Part shown: positions 1 through 9,442 of the stretch, piece by piece | Numbering within the stretch: the stretch's first letter is position 1 | Layout of the letters: each line of letters opens with the position of its first letter | IMG/VR virus record: IMGVR_UViG_3300038520_002504 | Location: 1 to 38,108 of that record | Source: a virus | Taxonomy: Duplodnaviria > Caudoviricetes | DNA length: 38,108 nt | Direction: 5' to 3' (one strand) | Made by a program: the position numbers and the translations under genes | The notes under the pieces: generated by a model | The model's input: only the letters and a program-made list of their open reading frames with translations | The model's database searches: none | Told to the model about the DNA's origin: nothing

Positions 1-1
1 A

Positions 2-349
2 ATTGCGGGTAGTGCTAGTGCTATCGGTGGTGGCCTGGGTGGTTTAGCTACAGGCCGAGCTGTTGGAGCATTACCAGGAATGAGAAACAATATGACAGTT
101 CAAAATATTGCAGACTTTGCTGGATCTTTTGGGGGCGATGTTGCCGGCATGGCAGTAGGAGATCAAATCATGCGAGGCAAAGACCTAGTCATGGGCGGCC
201 AAGGCCTAACACCCTTTGAACGCATGGGTGCAGAACAACAAGCTGCATTTGCTGCAGACCTTGAGCGACGCATCCTTGCTCAGTATGGATTGCTTCCTGG
301 AACTCGTGAGCAGTATGCAAATCCCACAACTGGTTATGGAGTTGCGTAA
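2..349 (+). CDS. 5'-truncated Gly-rich hypothetical protein (putative internal virion protein)
   Basis: The frame of ORF 80..349 is open back to base 2 (IAGSASAIGGGLGGLATGRAVGALPGM...), so the gene probably starts before the window; TAATG coupling to the next gene. Confidence 0.6.
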   Translation: MAGSASAIGGGLGGLATGRAVGALPGMRNNMTVQNIADFAGSFGGDVAGMAVGDQIMRGKDLVMGGQGLTPFERMGAEQQAAFAADLERRILAQYGLLPGTREQYANPTTGYGVA

Positions 350-1506
350 TGGCTAGACGATTGCCACTAGGTCTCGGAGGGTTCTTCGATGCTGCAAAAG
401 AAGCCTATGGGGAGGGCAGAGAAGAATGGTCTAAAGCATATCGTGAGGGACGCAAGGCATCTGGTCAATCTGAAAATGCTCCACGAATGTCAGAGATGGC
501 TGGTGCATATCCAACTGGCATTCGAACAAAAGAAGCTGTTGATGACGCCCTTGTGAATATGGGGCTGAAAAATCTCTCAAAAAAAGAGAGGGATGCTCGG
601 ATGATTCGAGAGGATTTGGGTATAGGTGCTAGACAAGGGATTGGTCCTAGGTCTGGACAAATGCTGGGAACTGTCGCTGCAGACGTAACGCAAGATAATA
701 CTCGTAACTTCTATTGGCTTCTAAATGCTGCACAGGCTACAGGCAATGTGATTGCAGAATCTGCGATGGGTATGGCTAACCCATCTCTTTATGGAAAAAG
801 AACAGTAGGTAAGATCAAGACTACCCCCAAAGGTGGCAAATATTTAGATGATGCTGGAAACCCACGGAAAGGTGTGAGTATTGATAGTGAAGGCAATGTG
901 CAAAAACGAAACTTTGAGCCTGGGTACTTAGCTGCACTTGGTATTCCTACAGGAATTGCAATCAATACTGGACTTGGTTTGCTAACACCATTTGGTGGAG
1001 CAGAAGGTTATAAGGCTGCTATTCCTAGTGAAGAAGATCCAACAAAAACAGCAAACGTCCTTGGCGAAGTAGGCCTGAAATATCTAATGGGTTCTACTGG
1101 AAAGATGCTTCCATACAGTGAGTTCAAAGAGGTTCGTCCAGATGTGTCGCCTGAGGAGTACAGAGCTTATCAAGCATTTAAATACGACAAAGGGACCGAT
1201 CTAAATCCGTTCGATGATGGCAAGTTTGGACTTCCTGGTGGTGTTGTAAAAACTACAAGTGAAGGTGTGCATGGACCCGAACTGCAATTTCTTGGTCGTA
1301 GTCTTCCTGTCACTACTGGTATTGTTCCTTATTTAGGAGCTTTGGCTGGTGGTGTTGCAGGTGTTAGAAGTAAAAGGCCAATTCGTGGTGGCTTTGTTGG
1401 TGGCGTAGCTGGACTTGCAGCTGGACAAATTGCAGGCAACTTACTTGAAGAAGAACGTCGTCGGCGCAACACCGTAGAAAATCAATTGAATAATCCACAG
1501 TTTTGA
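349..1506 (+). CDS. Gly-rich hypothetical protein with hydrophobic glycine-zipper segments (putative internal virion/ejection protein)
   Basis: 385 aa ORF with hydrophobic stretches GYLAALGIPTGIAINTGLGLL and YLGALAGGVAG...GGFVGGVAGLAAG. Confidence 0.6.
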   Translation: MARRLPLGLGGFFDAAKEAYGEGREEWSKAYREGRKASGQSENAPRMSEMAGAYPTGIRTKEAVDDALVNMGLKNLSKKERDARMIREDLGIGARQGIGPRSGQMLGTVAADVTQDNTRNFYWLLNAAQATGNVIAESAMGMANPSLYGKRTVGKIKTTPKGGKYLDDAGNPRKGVSIDSEGNVQKRNFEPGYLAALGIPTGIAINTGLGLLTPFGGAEGYKAAIPSEEDPTKTANVLGEVGLKYLMGSTGKMLPYSEFKEVRPDVSPEEYRAYQAFKYDKGTDLNPFDDGKFGLPGGVVKTTSEGVHGPELQFLGRSLPVTTGIVPYLGALAGGVAGVRSKRPIRGGFVGGVAGLAAGQIAGNLLEEERRRRNTVENQLNNPQF

Positions 1507-1534
1507 TAAACTGTAGAAACGAAGATTAAGAACC

Positions 1535-1969
1535 ATGCGCTTTGCTAATCCCCCTGGTCTTGCATCATTTATGGCAAAAAATGCGGGCTATGACGAAATT
1601 GGCGGACGTGCCATTAAAGATGCTGTAGATCAAGATCTAACAGCTATGGGAACCATGGGAGAAGCGCAAGCCAATGCTCTTAATACAATTGCTCGAAATG
1701 AAGCTGCAGAATATATGAGAGATGCTCAGGCATTTGGAATGGCACAACAAGCTGATGCTCAATTGTTTGGATCAATTGCAGGAGCAGTTGGAACAATTGG
1801 TGGTTCTGCAATCAAAGGTGGAATGTTTAATAAGCCAACACCTGGAACTCCAAAACTGGAGACCCCTAAGTTTGGAACTTACGATTGGAATGCGGAAATG
1901 GATTTTGGAGGATTAAGTCCTGGAGAGTTTTTGCAAAAAGATATTGGTTTCAATATCTTTAATAGTTAA
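1535..1969 (+). CDS. Putative internal virion protein, paralogous to the N-terminus of 3961..4908
   Basis: 144 aa; YDEIGGRAIKDAVDQDLTAMGTMGEAQANAL aligns to YDRFGKRAIQDQTAQDLLSMEIRGRAQEAAL at 16/31 identity; TAAACT at 1507-1512. Confidence 0.65.
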   Translation: MRFANPPGLASFMAKNAGYDEIGGRAIKDAVDQDLTAMGTMGEAQANALNTIARNEAAEYMRDAQAFGMAQQADAQLFGSIAGAVGTIGGSAIKGGMFNKPTPGTPKLETPKFGTYDWNAEMDFGGLSPGEFLQKDIGFNIFNS

Positions 1970-1998
1970 ACTAGTGAGAGATAAGTAGCAGCAGTGCA

Positions 1999-2664
1999 AT
2001 GGCTTTTGGTGATCTAAGATTTAGTGATTTCAATTTAAGTGAACATCGCAGCATGACTGGCGGTACTGATGCTGCAAGGCAAGCAACAGTTGCTGACAAC
2101 TACAGTTTCTTGGAAGACAATAAGCCTGACTTTAGTGGTCTTGCGGAGGCAGGACAAGCACGTATTGGCGCACTAAATCGTGGCCAAATGAAAGTTATTC
2201 ACGGTGTTCGAGACTCAGGACTAAGAGCTGCACAACAAGTTATACAAGCTCAGGAAGACGCAGAATCCTATAAAGATGCAGCAAGATCTGCAGCAAATAA
2301 AAGTAAAATTGGTTCTGTAATTCAAGCTGGTGCCTCATTGATTGGTGCAGCTTTCCTATCTGACGAAGAGACAAAAGAGAATATTGAACGAATTGAAGAC
2401 GCACTAAGTACACTGCGTAGTTTGCGTCCGGTGACCTTCAATTACAAAGAAGAGTACAGCACTGACTATAACCGTGTTCATCACGGATTTATTGCACAGG
2501 AATATCAAAAGGTGCTACCTGATGCAACTTATCATGATCCCACAATTGATAAACTATGTATTGACACTGGTGATCTAATTGGCCTTTTGGTCCGTGCAGT
2601 TCAGCAGCTTGAAACCAAGGTTACTCGCCTTGAAGCAAAAGAAGCTCTACAAGGAGTTAAGTGA
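1999..2664 (+). CDS. Small helical protein with C-terminal Peptidase_S74 intramolecular chaperone domain
   Basis: LSDEETKENIERIEDALSTLRSLRPVTFNYK...HHGFIAQEYQKVLP...LIGLLVRAVQQLETKV matches the S74 pattern (SD..K.NI, GFIAQE, terminal coiled coil). Confidence 0.85.
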   Translation: MAFGDLRFSDFNLSEHRSMTGGTDAARQATVADNYSFLEDNKPDFSGLAEAGQARIGALNRGQMKVIHGVRDSGLRAAQQVIQAQEDAESYKDAARSAANKSKIGSVIQAGASLIGAAFLSDEETKENIERIEDALSTLRSLRPVTFNYKEEYSTDYNRVHHGFIAQEYQKVLPDATYHDPTIDKLCIDTGDLIGLLVRAVQQLETKVTRLEAKEALQGVK

Positions 2665-3290
2665 TGATGGGAACACCAAAACAATCAGAAGAAGATCTTT
2701 TGAATGCGTTAGGTTTAATAGCATTGCTGCCTGGTGGTGCACAACAGTTGGGCATTGTTGATCCAGATATTTCATTCAAAGCAAATCCAGCTAATTATAA
2801 ATATAATCCCCGTGGCAATGTCGTTGGTGATCTGTTGATTGATGGTGCCACAGGATTAGGCACAGGGCTTGCCAAATACGATAAAGCCGTAACGCCTTTT
2901 GCAACTGCTGCTCAAAACAAACTTACTGGTTTAATCGGAAGTGCAGGTGGTGCTACAAAAATCGGCGGTGCAGCTGGTCGCATGGCTGGTGGTGCAAAGG
3001 CACTAGGTCTTCTGAAAGCTCTTCCTGCGTTTGGTGCAGTTGGTGGTGTCTTGGGTGCAGCCGATGTTATTGCTGGACCTAATAGTGGTGCAAACAAAGC
3101 AATGGATGCGACCGCAATGATGATTGGTGGTGCATTGGGTTCTGTTGGTGGGCCTCTGGGTGCTCTCGCAGGTGCAGGCGCAGGCAAGATGGTTAGTGAC
3201 GCAACTCAGTTTATTTTTGGAGATAGAAAGACAGCAGAACAACGTAGAATGGAAGAAGCTTTGGCAGCACTTCGTGGAGGAATGATCTAA
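2661..3290 (+). CDS. Glycine-zipper hypothetical protein (putative internal/membrane-inserting virion protein)
   Basis: 209 aa, very Gly/Ala-rich, MMIGGALGSVGGPLGALAGAGAG; start overlaps the upstream stop. Confidence 0.6.
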   Translation: MMMGTPKQSEEDLLNALGLIALLPGGAQQLGIVDPDISFKANPANYKYNPRGNVVGDLLIDGATGLGTGLAKYDKAVTPFATAAQNKLTGLIGSAGGATKIGGAAGRMAGGAKALGLLKALPAFGAVGGVLGAADVIAGPNSGANKAMDATAMMIGGALGSVGGPLGALAGAGAGKMVSDATQFIFGDRKTAEQRRMEEALAALRGGMI

Positions 3291-3964
3291 TGCGAGAAGC
3301 AATTAATGATTTTCTGTTTGGCACAGTCAAAAAAAATGCCCAACGTGAATATGCTAATTACGATCCTGAAGAAGGCACTAGAGAAAAATCTTTAGGTGAT
3401 AGATTAGGAGACTTTTTTACTGGACGTGGTGCTGCTATCGATGAAAAAGTTAAAGCCATTCATAAAGCAAACCTTAATGACACATATGGCGAAACAATTA
3501 AATTAATTAATCAAAATACACCTCACACTAAGGATATTACAATTGACGAAAATACAAACCCTAAGGTTTTAGCTGAACAAGTTAGAATTGGAGAAGCCAA
3601 AGCAACAGCATATAAAAACGCAAAAACTTTAGCTGTTACAAATAATGTCACAATTCCAGAAGGAATGACAGATCCAGATGCGATTACACAACATGTAGTT
3701 AAAACAACAAGAGAAAGATCAGAAGAAAAACTAGAAACTGAACGACTTCGCAATCTGAACGAAACCAAACGTCAAGAGGGTCGTGCCGATCTAATTCGCC
3801 TTGAAAATCAACAGATGCAGCTAAAACGGGATGCTGACTCTAAAGATCTACAAATTATGCAGATGATGCGAGAAGATAAGCGTAGTGCTAGAGATCGAAA
3901 AGATCGAATGTTTATGCAGCTTATGGCTGGACTACAAAACTTGGGTCAAGCATTTACAATTTAA
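3290..3964 (+). CDS. Hypothetical protein with coiled-coil C-terminus
   Basis: 224 aa ORF, TAATG coupled, upstream GGAGG; charged helical C-terminal half. Confidence 0.6.
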   Translation: MREAINDFLFGTVKKNAQREYANYDPEEGTREKSLGDRLGDFFTGRGAAIDEKVKAIHKANLNDTYGETIKLINQNTPHTKDITIDENTNPKVLAEQVRIGEAKATAYKNAKTLAVTNNVTIPEGMTDPDAITQHVVKTTRERSEEKLETERLRNLNETKRQEGRADLIRLENQQMQLKRDADSKDLQIMQMMREDKRSARDRKDRMFMQLMAGLQNLGQAFTI

Positions 3965-4908
3965 AGCTGATAATTATCAAAAGCCCGATCGACAATATTT
4001 CGCTCTTCTTCAGAAGCTTTCTGTAAACCGACCCAACGTCCTGAACCATATTTCTTACCAAAGGCCATAACCATTTTATTTTGGTTCTCGGGTGAGAAAA
4101 TATCATTATCAGAGAGGCCCGCAAATCGTGCAGCTTCAGGTAAGCTATTACCAATAAATTGGAATCGGCCAGCAGCGTGTAATTGGCCATTTGCCTGCAA
4201 TTGTTTAATCTTTCCAATAGACATAGAAGTCAATGGAGCCCCAAATTGTTTTCCGTCAGCACTATTACCTGAGCCGTAAGCAACCGTTCCACCTTGGCTA
4301 CCGCCAAGATTATACGCATCATATCCGCCTGAAGAATCAGATTCGTATTTACCAATAATATTAAAAGCACTTGTCAGCGAGGGGGACGATCCGGTTAAAG
4401 TTTCTTTAGTAGACGATGTAGAGGAATCGCTACTCTTTAAACTAGGTGTATTCTGATCTTGCTCAGTAATAGTTTCAGTATTTTGACTAGAACGTAGTTT
4501 TTCAATTTCTTTTTGTTTCTCCCTTAGTTCTATTTCGGTTTGTTCTTTTTGTTTCTGCAACAAAGAAAGGACTTCATTCTCTTCTTCCTCTCTTTTACCC
4601 ATAAAATAAGCACTGCCAATTAAAGCAGCTCCACCAGCTAACTTACCAGCCATTCTTGCACTGCGCTCCTGCTCTTTTGCAAATGCTTTGGCTTCTCTAT
4701 TAATATCTTTGGTTTTTTTGTTTGATTTTGAAATTAGTGCAGCCTCTTGAGCACGGCCACGAATTTCCATTGAAAGAAGATCTTGCGCAGTCTGATCTTG
4801 AATAGCTCGTTTGCCAAATCGATCGTATTTGGGTTTATTCCGTTCAGCAGCACTTCTTGCTTTTAATGCAGCACGAACAGCTTCATTACCAGCTTGAATA
4901 AATGACAT
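3961..4908 (-). CDS. Putative virion-associated muramidase (lysozyme-like fold) fused to a shared internal-protein N-terminal module
   Basis: C-terminal IGKYES...GGYDAYN...LTSMSIGKIKQLQ...AAGRFQFIGNSL...FSPENQNKM resembles lysozyme-like/lytic transglycosylase domains; N-terminus is similar to ORF 1535. Confidence 0.75.
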   Translation of the reverse strand: MSFIQAGNEAVRAALKARSAAERNKPKYDRFGKRAIQDQTAQDLLSMEIRGRAQEAALISKSNKKTKDINREAKAFAKEQERSARMAGKLAGGAALIGSAYFMGKREEEENEVLSLLQKQKEQTEIELREKQKEIEKLRSSQNTETITEQDQNTPSLKSSDSSTSSTKETLTGSSPSLTSAFNIIGKYESDSSGGYDAYNLGGSQGGTVAYGSGNSADGKQFGAPLTSMSIGKIKQLQANGQLHAAGRFQFIGNSLPEAARFAGLSDNDIFSPENQNKMVMAFGKKYGSGRWVGLQKASEEERNIVDRAFDNYQL

Positions 4909-4931
4909 ACCTTCGTCTATGCAATAGTCCT

Positions 4932-4949
4932 ATTCTAACTTTGTAGAAT
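4932..4949. promoter_or_regulatory. Back-to-back -10 elements (bidirectional promoter)
   Basis: ATTCTA-actttg-TAGAAT between divergent starts at 4908 and 4975. Confidence 0.65.
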
Positions 4950-4974
4950 ATAGACAATGCTTAAGTAGATTGAA

Positions 4975-7047
4975 ATGGCTGCAAAGATTCCACCCGGTTT
5001 GGATCCAGTACTAGCAAAACAAGCACTTGAGGGTGGTAAGCATTGGGGTGCCAGTGATCAGAAACGATATGATGCACTTGTTAGAAAAAGAAATCAAAAT
5101 CAAAGAGGACGTCGCAAACCACCGCCGGGATTAGACCCAGCACTAGTAAAGCAAGCAATGGGTGGCAGTGCAAACTGGGATGCTGCCGACCAACAGCGTT
5201 ATAACAAGTTGGTGGCTGCAAGAGGTGGTACCTCGCCTCAAGGGAATAGAAATAAAGGCATGTTCAATTTTTCGGACATGATGAATAAATTCTATAACTG
5301 GCAACCTGATGCAACTGATGATCCGGCTGGTGCTGCAATTAAGAATACGTTCATGTCGAACGCGATTCAGAGTGCAATGAATACGCAGCAAGCGATTGAG
5401 CTTGCTACTGCTAACGCTGGATTGGCCACTAATCAAATGACTGTTGCTGCTGGACTTGAGTTTGGCAACAAGAGTGCCATTATGGAAAAAGAATTCAACT
5501 ATGGCATGCAGAAGATGGGTGCCGAGTATGATTTCCAAGAGCAATTTGCAAAGAATGAAGCAAATCGATTAAACAATCAACTTGCACTACGTGGAGACAT
5601 TCAGCAAAACCAAACCAGACTTGAAGGTGCTCAAAACCGATTAAATATTGCTGCTCAAGGACGTATCGACGTTAACCTGCAAGACATCAAAGGTCAGCAG
5701 GCAATGAATCAGCTGAGGCAGTCTGGCTTCAATGATCGAGAGCTGCAAGCACTTAAGACATCTGGTGCTCTTGCTCAAATCGACGCACAAGGCGGCATTG
5801 ATCAATGGCTGCAGAGTGAAAAAGGCAGGCAAGCTGTTCAGCAGATTCGGGAGAGTGGACAGCAAGACAGATCTCTTCAAGGCATGAAGGGAGAGCAAGC
5901 AATGGCGCAACTCAAAAGAGCTGGTGTCAATGACAGGAAACTGCAAAGACTTAGGGATCAAGGTGTACTTGCTCAAATTGATCGTCAAGGCGGCATCGAC
6001 AAGTGGCTGCAGAGTGAAAAAGGCAGGCAAGCCATGGCACAGATTGGCGCTCAAGGTGCCATTGATAAAGCTCTACAAGGAATGAGAGGGCAGCAGGCAC
6101 TTCAGCAGATTGGAGCGCAAGGTGCTCAAGACCGAGCAAACATCACCACCCAAGGTGTGCAAGATCGTGCTTTGCAATCTCTGAAAGGCAAGCAGCAACT
6201 TAAACAGCTTATTAAGCAAGGTGACATCGACATCAAGAAGATTAATGCTCAAGGTGGTATTGACAAATGGTTGAAGTCTGAAGATGGCAGACAGAAGATT
6301 CAGCAGCTAAGCACCCAAGGTAAAATTGATCTACAAAAGATCGATAGACAAGGAAATATTGATAAACAACTTCAGGGTATGAAGGGTAAGCAAGCTTTGG
6401 ATCAACTTAAGCAATCGGGCTTAAATGATCAACAGCTGCAAGCACTAAGAAACTCTGGTGCGATTGATCAAATCCTTAAACAGGGTGATGTTGATAAAGC
6501 GCTTAAAGAACTTGATAATCAAGGCAAGTTGGATCAAATTGGTGCACAAGGCATTGAGGCACTAAAACAAATTAAAACCCAAGGATTCCTTGATCAACAA
6601 CTACAAAAAATTAGAGGTGATCAAGCTAATCAACAAATCCTTACGCAAGGAGGAGTTGACCTGGATAAAATCAGTGCTCAAGGTGACATTGACAAAGCCC
6701 TTCAAGACACAAAAGGTCAGCAAGCTATTCAACAAATTGAAGCAGCAGGCCAACAAGATCAGGCATTACAGAACATCAAGGGTCAGCAAGCCCTTGATCA
6801 GATTTCTGGACAAGGTGACCAAGATGTCCGCAAAATTGATGCTCAGGGATTTGCTGATCGTCAACTACAAAATATCAAAGGCAAACAAGCTCTCGCACAA
6901 ATTGCTGGACAGGGCGATCAAGATGTTCGCAAGATTCAAACAACTGGACGTCAAGAGCGTAAGACTATGCAGCAGGCAACAATTGAAGATGATAAGAAGG
7001 CAGCACGTCAAAGCAGGTATGCACGCGGACTGGCAGGTATGTTCTGA
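4975..7047 (+). CDS. Gln-rich 11/22-residue repeat protein (candidate DNA-ejection conduit or tape-measure-like protein)
   Basis: 690 aa; about 40 in-register hendecads such as LQNIKGQQALD/QISGQGDQDVR; two N-terminal copies of a PPGLDP...RY motif. Confidence 0.65.
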   Translation: MAAKIPPGLDPVLAKQALEGGKHWGASDQKRYDALVRKRNQNQRGRRKPPPGLDPALVKQAMGGSANWDAADQQRYNKLVAARGGTSPQGNRNKGMFNFSDMMNKFYNWQPDATDDPAGAAIKNTFMSNAIQSAMNTQQAIELATANAGLATNQMTVAAGLEFGNKSAIMEKEFNYGMQKMGAEYDFQEQFAKNEANRLNNQLALRGDIQQNQTRLEGAQNRLNIAAQGRIDVNLQDIKGQQAMNQLRQSGFNDRELQALKTSGALAQIDAQGGIDQWLQSEKGRQAVQQIRESGQQDRSLQGMKGEQAMAQLKRAGVNDRKLQRLRDQGVLAQIDRQGGIDKWLQSEKGRQAMAQIGAQGAIDKALQGMRGQQALQQIGAQGAQDRANITTQGVQDRALQSLKGKQQLKQLIKQGDIDIKKINAQGGIDKWLKSEDGRQKIQQLSTQGKIDLQKIDRQGNIDKQLQGMKGKQALDQLKQSGLNDQQLQALRNSGAIDQILKQGDVDKALKELDNQGKLDQIGAQGIEALKQIKTQGFLDQQLQKIRGDQANQQILTQGGVDLDKISAQGDIDKALQDTKGQQAIQQIEAAGQQDQALQNIKGQQALDQISGQGDQDVRKIDAQGFADRQLQNIKGKQALAQIAGQGDQDVRKIQTTGRQERKTMQQATIEDDKKAARQSRYARGLAGMF
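5581..6965 (+). repeat. Coding tandem repeat with 33/66-nt period
   Basis: Protein-level 11/22-aa periodicity; exact 29-nt duplicate tggctgcagagtgaaaaaggcaggcaagc at 5806-5834 and 6004-6032, 198 nt apart. Confidence 0.9.
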
Positions 7048-7580
7048 TGACTACTACAACATCTACCGGTAAGGTCTACCTCACCGTTGTTGATCAGTGG
7101 CTCGACAGCATTCCTGCCTCCGAAAGTGAAGATTTTAGAGAATTTGCTGAGGTCACTCCTTCTGTGATTGAGATTTGGGTATATGCAGGTATTTGCGGTT
7201 ATTCAGGTTCATTCAATGACCTAGCCCGATGGGTCAAGATGAAATTCAAAAAATTAGATCGTAGAGGCATCCTTAACAGTGAAATTAGCGCTCTGCACAG
7301 TGACATCCAAGAATTACGTATGGCCATCACATCTGGTGAAATTAAAGGCTCTGATGGCGCTGCCCGATTGGCAAGCCTAGAGAAAGAACTTCGCAGTCAT
7401 ATTGAAACTTCGGAACGATTCAATAAGACAACGGACAAGCGTGGTCTGATCTTGGCTGGCGCAGATCGTGTAATGCGTGAAATGACTGCCATCTTTAAAG
7501 ACGATCCACAGTTCTCTGAGCCTATTGAAAATGCAATGAATGCTGTATGGGCAAAAGTATATAGCGAGGTAAACGGGTAA
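7047..7580 (+). CDS. Helical hypothetical protein, possible terminase small subunit
   Basis: 177 aa helical/coiled-coil protein just upstream of terL; the function is assigned by position and size only. Confidence 0.4.
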   Translation: MTTTTSTGKVYLTVVDQWLDSIPASESEDFREFAEVTPSVIEIWVYAGICGYSGSFNDLARWVKMKFKKLDRRGILNSEISALHSDIQELRMAITSGEIKGSDGAARLASLEKELRSHIETSERFNKTTDKRGLILAGADRVMREMTAIFKDDPQFSEPIENAMNAVWAKVYSEVNG

Positions 7581-7867
7581 TGATGATTCCAGAGCTGCCA
7601 GAACTGCCTGAGATCAAAGAACACAGTGCAAATGCTATTCGTCTTCGCGGAACGTTGGCAGCTGCTTTGCCTGGGATGCCTCACCTAGGAACAGAACAAT
7701 TAACTGGATACAACGCAAAAGAAGTGGAACGCCGTAAGTTTCAGGAAGCAATGCGAATTGCATATGAAATTACTCGGAGACAAAACGCAATTGCAGCGGC
7801 ACGTGCGTCATATTTAGATCGAATGGCTCAGTATGCAGTAGAGCGCAGACGTGGTTGGTATCGCTAA
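7580..7867 (+). CDS. Hypothetical protein
   Basis: 95 aa ORF, TAATG coupled, fills the gap before terL. Confidence 0.6.
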   Translation: MMIPELPELPEIKEHSANAIRLRGTLAAALPGMPHLGTEQLTGYNAKEVERRKFQEAMRIAYEITRRQNAIAAARASYLDRMAQYAVERRRGWYR

Positions 7868-7892
7868 ACTGTAAATACTAGATACAGAATAT

Positions 7893-9431
7893 ATGGCTAT
7901 TCCAAGTGCATCGCTTGCGTATAAACGCATGGCGTTGATGAACGCTACCAAAGTTACCTCTAAACCTCCGAGTGAAGATGTACTGCAGGCACGAGATAAC
8001 TTTGTAAGCTTCTGCACTCTTATGGGAAAACCTCCAGCAAAGCATATGTTGGAGTGGAATAATGAGCTATGCACAGGAGTTGATAGTGAATGCCTATTAG
8101 GAATCGGAGGACCAAACACATCGATCCTCGCACCACGCGGATCTGCGAAAAGCACTGTCCTTGGTTTGTTCGCTGCTTGGATGATCGGGAGACATGCAGC
8201 TGCCAAGAAAATGCTGCGAATACTTTATATCGCATACATGGTTGATATTAGTCGCGCAAAGTCTGCGACTATCAAAGGCATTTTGGCAAGTGCAAAGTAT
8301 CGTGAAATATTCCCGATGGTTCGCCTATCGAAAGTAAGACGATCAGATGAGTATTGGAGCATTGATTATGAGTTTGCAGGTATCGATACCGCTGGGGAAG
8401 AAGCATTCACTATTGCGTGTGGTGGTCTCAAAGGTGCAATTACCTCAAAGCGATCCCAACTTGTACTTATTGATGACCCTATCAAGTCAGCTGCTTCCAT
8501 CAATAATCCAGATATTAGGAGAGAGATGGAACAAACGTGGTCTAACGTTATCGCTCCTACGATGTTCCAAGGAGCGCGGGCCATCTGTTTGGGAACCCGG
8601 TTTCACTTTGACGATATACACGCCTCGTTATTTATTCCAAAAAATGGCTGGAAGCAAATAGTACAAAAAGCAGTAATTACTGATGAAGATGGCAGGCAAA
8701 GATCCTATTGGCCAGAGTTTTGGTCAATGAAATACTTAAATGAAAGGAAGAAAGAGGATCGTGTTGCTTTTGCATATCAATATCTAAACACTGCTGTGCA
8801 ATCGAGTGATGTAGGCATTTCACCAGACCTATTGGTCTACGGTAAGGTTCCTGATGAATATGACTGCATTGGAGTTGGCATTGACTTAAGTGCTGGTGTG
8901 AGTGAAAAGAACGACTGGACTGTCTTTACATTGGGAGGCATCAAAGACGGCAAAATATTTTTGATTGACCAAAGACGTGTTAAAAGTATGGGCAATCTTG
9001 AAAAGATGGATACACTTTGCGAGATGTTAGCTGACTGGCATATTCTTCTAGAAAATGACGAAGGGCAATACTTTCCAACTATGTCATCATGCATGATTTG
9101 GCCTGAAGCTGTGGCTTATCAGTCGTCTTTTGAGGGAGACTTCAAACGTGTCATGTTCGATCAACGTGCTTTGTATAACTTGAGCTGTTCACCAGTTAAA
9201 GGATTTAAAGGTGACAAGCTTGCTCGATTACGCGGTGTCCTTGGCTTGTATGAGCACAAAAAAGTTGTATGGAACAAATGGCGTAAATGGAACATCCTTG
9301 AAGAAGAACTAGTTAACTTTGGTCACTCACAGCACGATGACGCTGTTGACTCAATGGTTTTAACTATGGGTGGATTGTTGAGACGAGGTAGTCTTCAACT
9401 TGACTACAATAGTGATAGCTTTGACTTATAA
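7893..9431 (+). CDS. terL: Terminase large subunit
   Basis: Walker A APRGSAKST, Walker B LVLIDDP, coupling motif GTRFH, RNase H-like nuclease motifs GIDLS and HDDAVDS. Confidence 0.93.
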   Translation: MAIPSASLAYKRMALMNATKVTSKPPSEDVLQARDNFVSFCTLMGKPPAKHMLEWNNELCTGVDSECLLGIGGPNTSILAPRGSAKSTVLGLFAAWMIGRHAAAKKMLRILYIAYMVDISRAKSATIKGILASAKYREIFPMVRLSKVRRSDEYWSIDYEFAGIDTAGEEAFTIACGGLKGAITSKRSQLVLIDDPIKSAASINNPDIRREMEQTWSNVIAPTMFQGARAICLGTRFHFDDIHASLFIPKNGWKQIVQKAVITDEDGRQRSYWPEFWSMKYLNERKKEDRVAFAYQYLNTAVQSSDVGISPDLLVYGKVPDEYDCIGVGIDLSAGVSEKNDWTVFTLGGIKDGKIFLIDQRRVKSMGNLEKMDTLCEMLADWHILLENDEGQYFPTMSSCMIWPEAVAYQSSFEGDFKRVMFDQRALYNLSCSPVKGFKGDKLARLRGVLGLYEHKKVVWNKWRKWNILEEELVNFGHSQHDDAVDSMVLTMGGLLRRGSLQLDYNSDSFDL

Positions 9432-9442
9432 ATAGTAAAACC

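Noticed and set aside
5581-6965. Possible CRISPR-like or non-coding repeat array
   Set aside because: The repeats are in-frame, degenerate at third codon positions, and lack a repeat-spacer structure
6590-7072. 160-aa alternative-frame ORF in the repeat gene
   Set aside because: A by-product of the repetitive sequence; no ribosome-binding site or credible start
9427-9434. T4-type late promoter TATAAATA
   Set aside because: Noticed only once and just 8 nt from the ATG; the recurring motif is TAnAAT/TAnACT, and the sigma is not gp55-like
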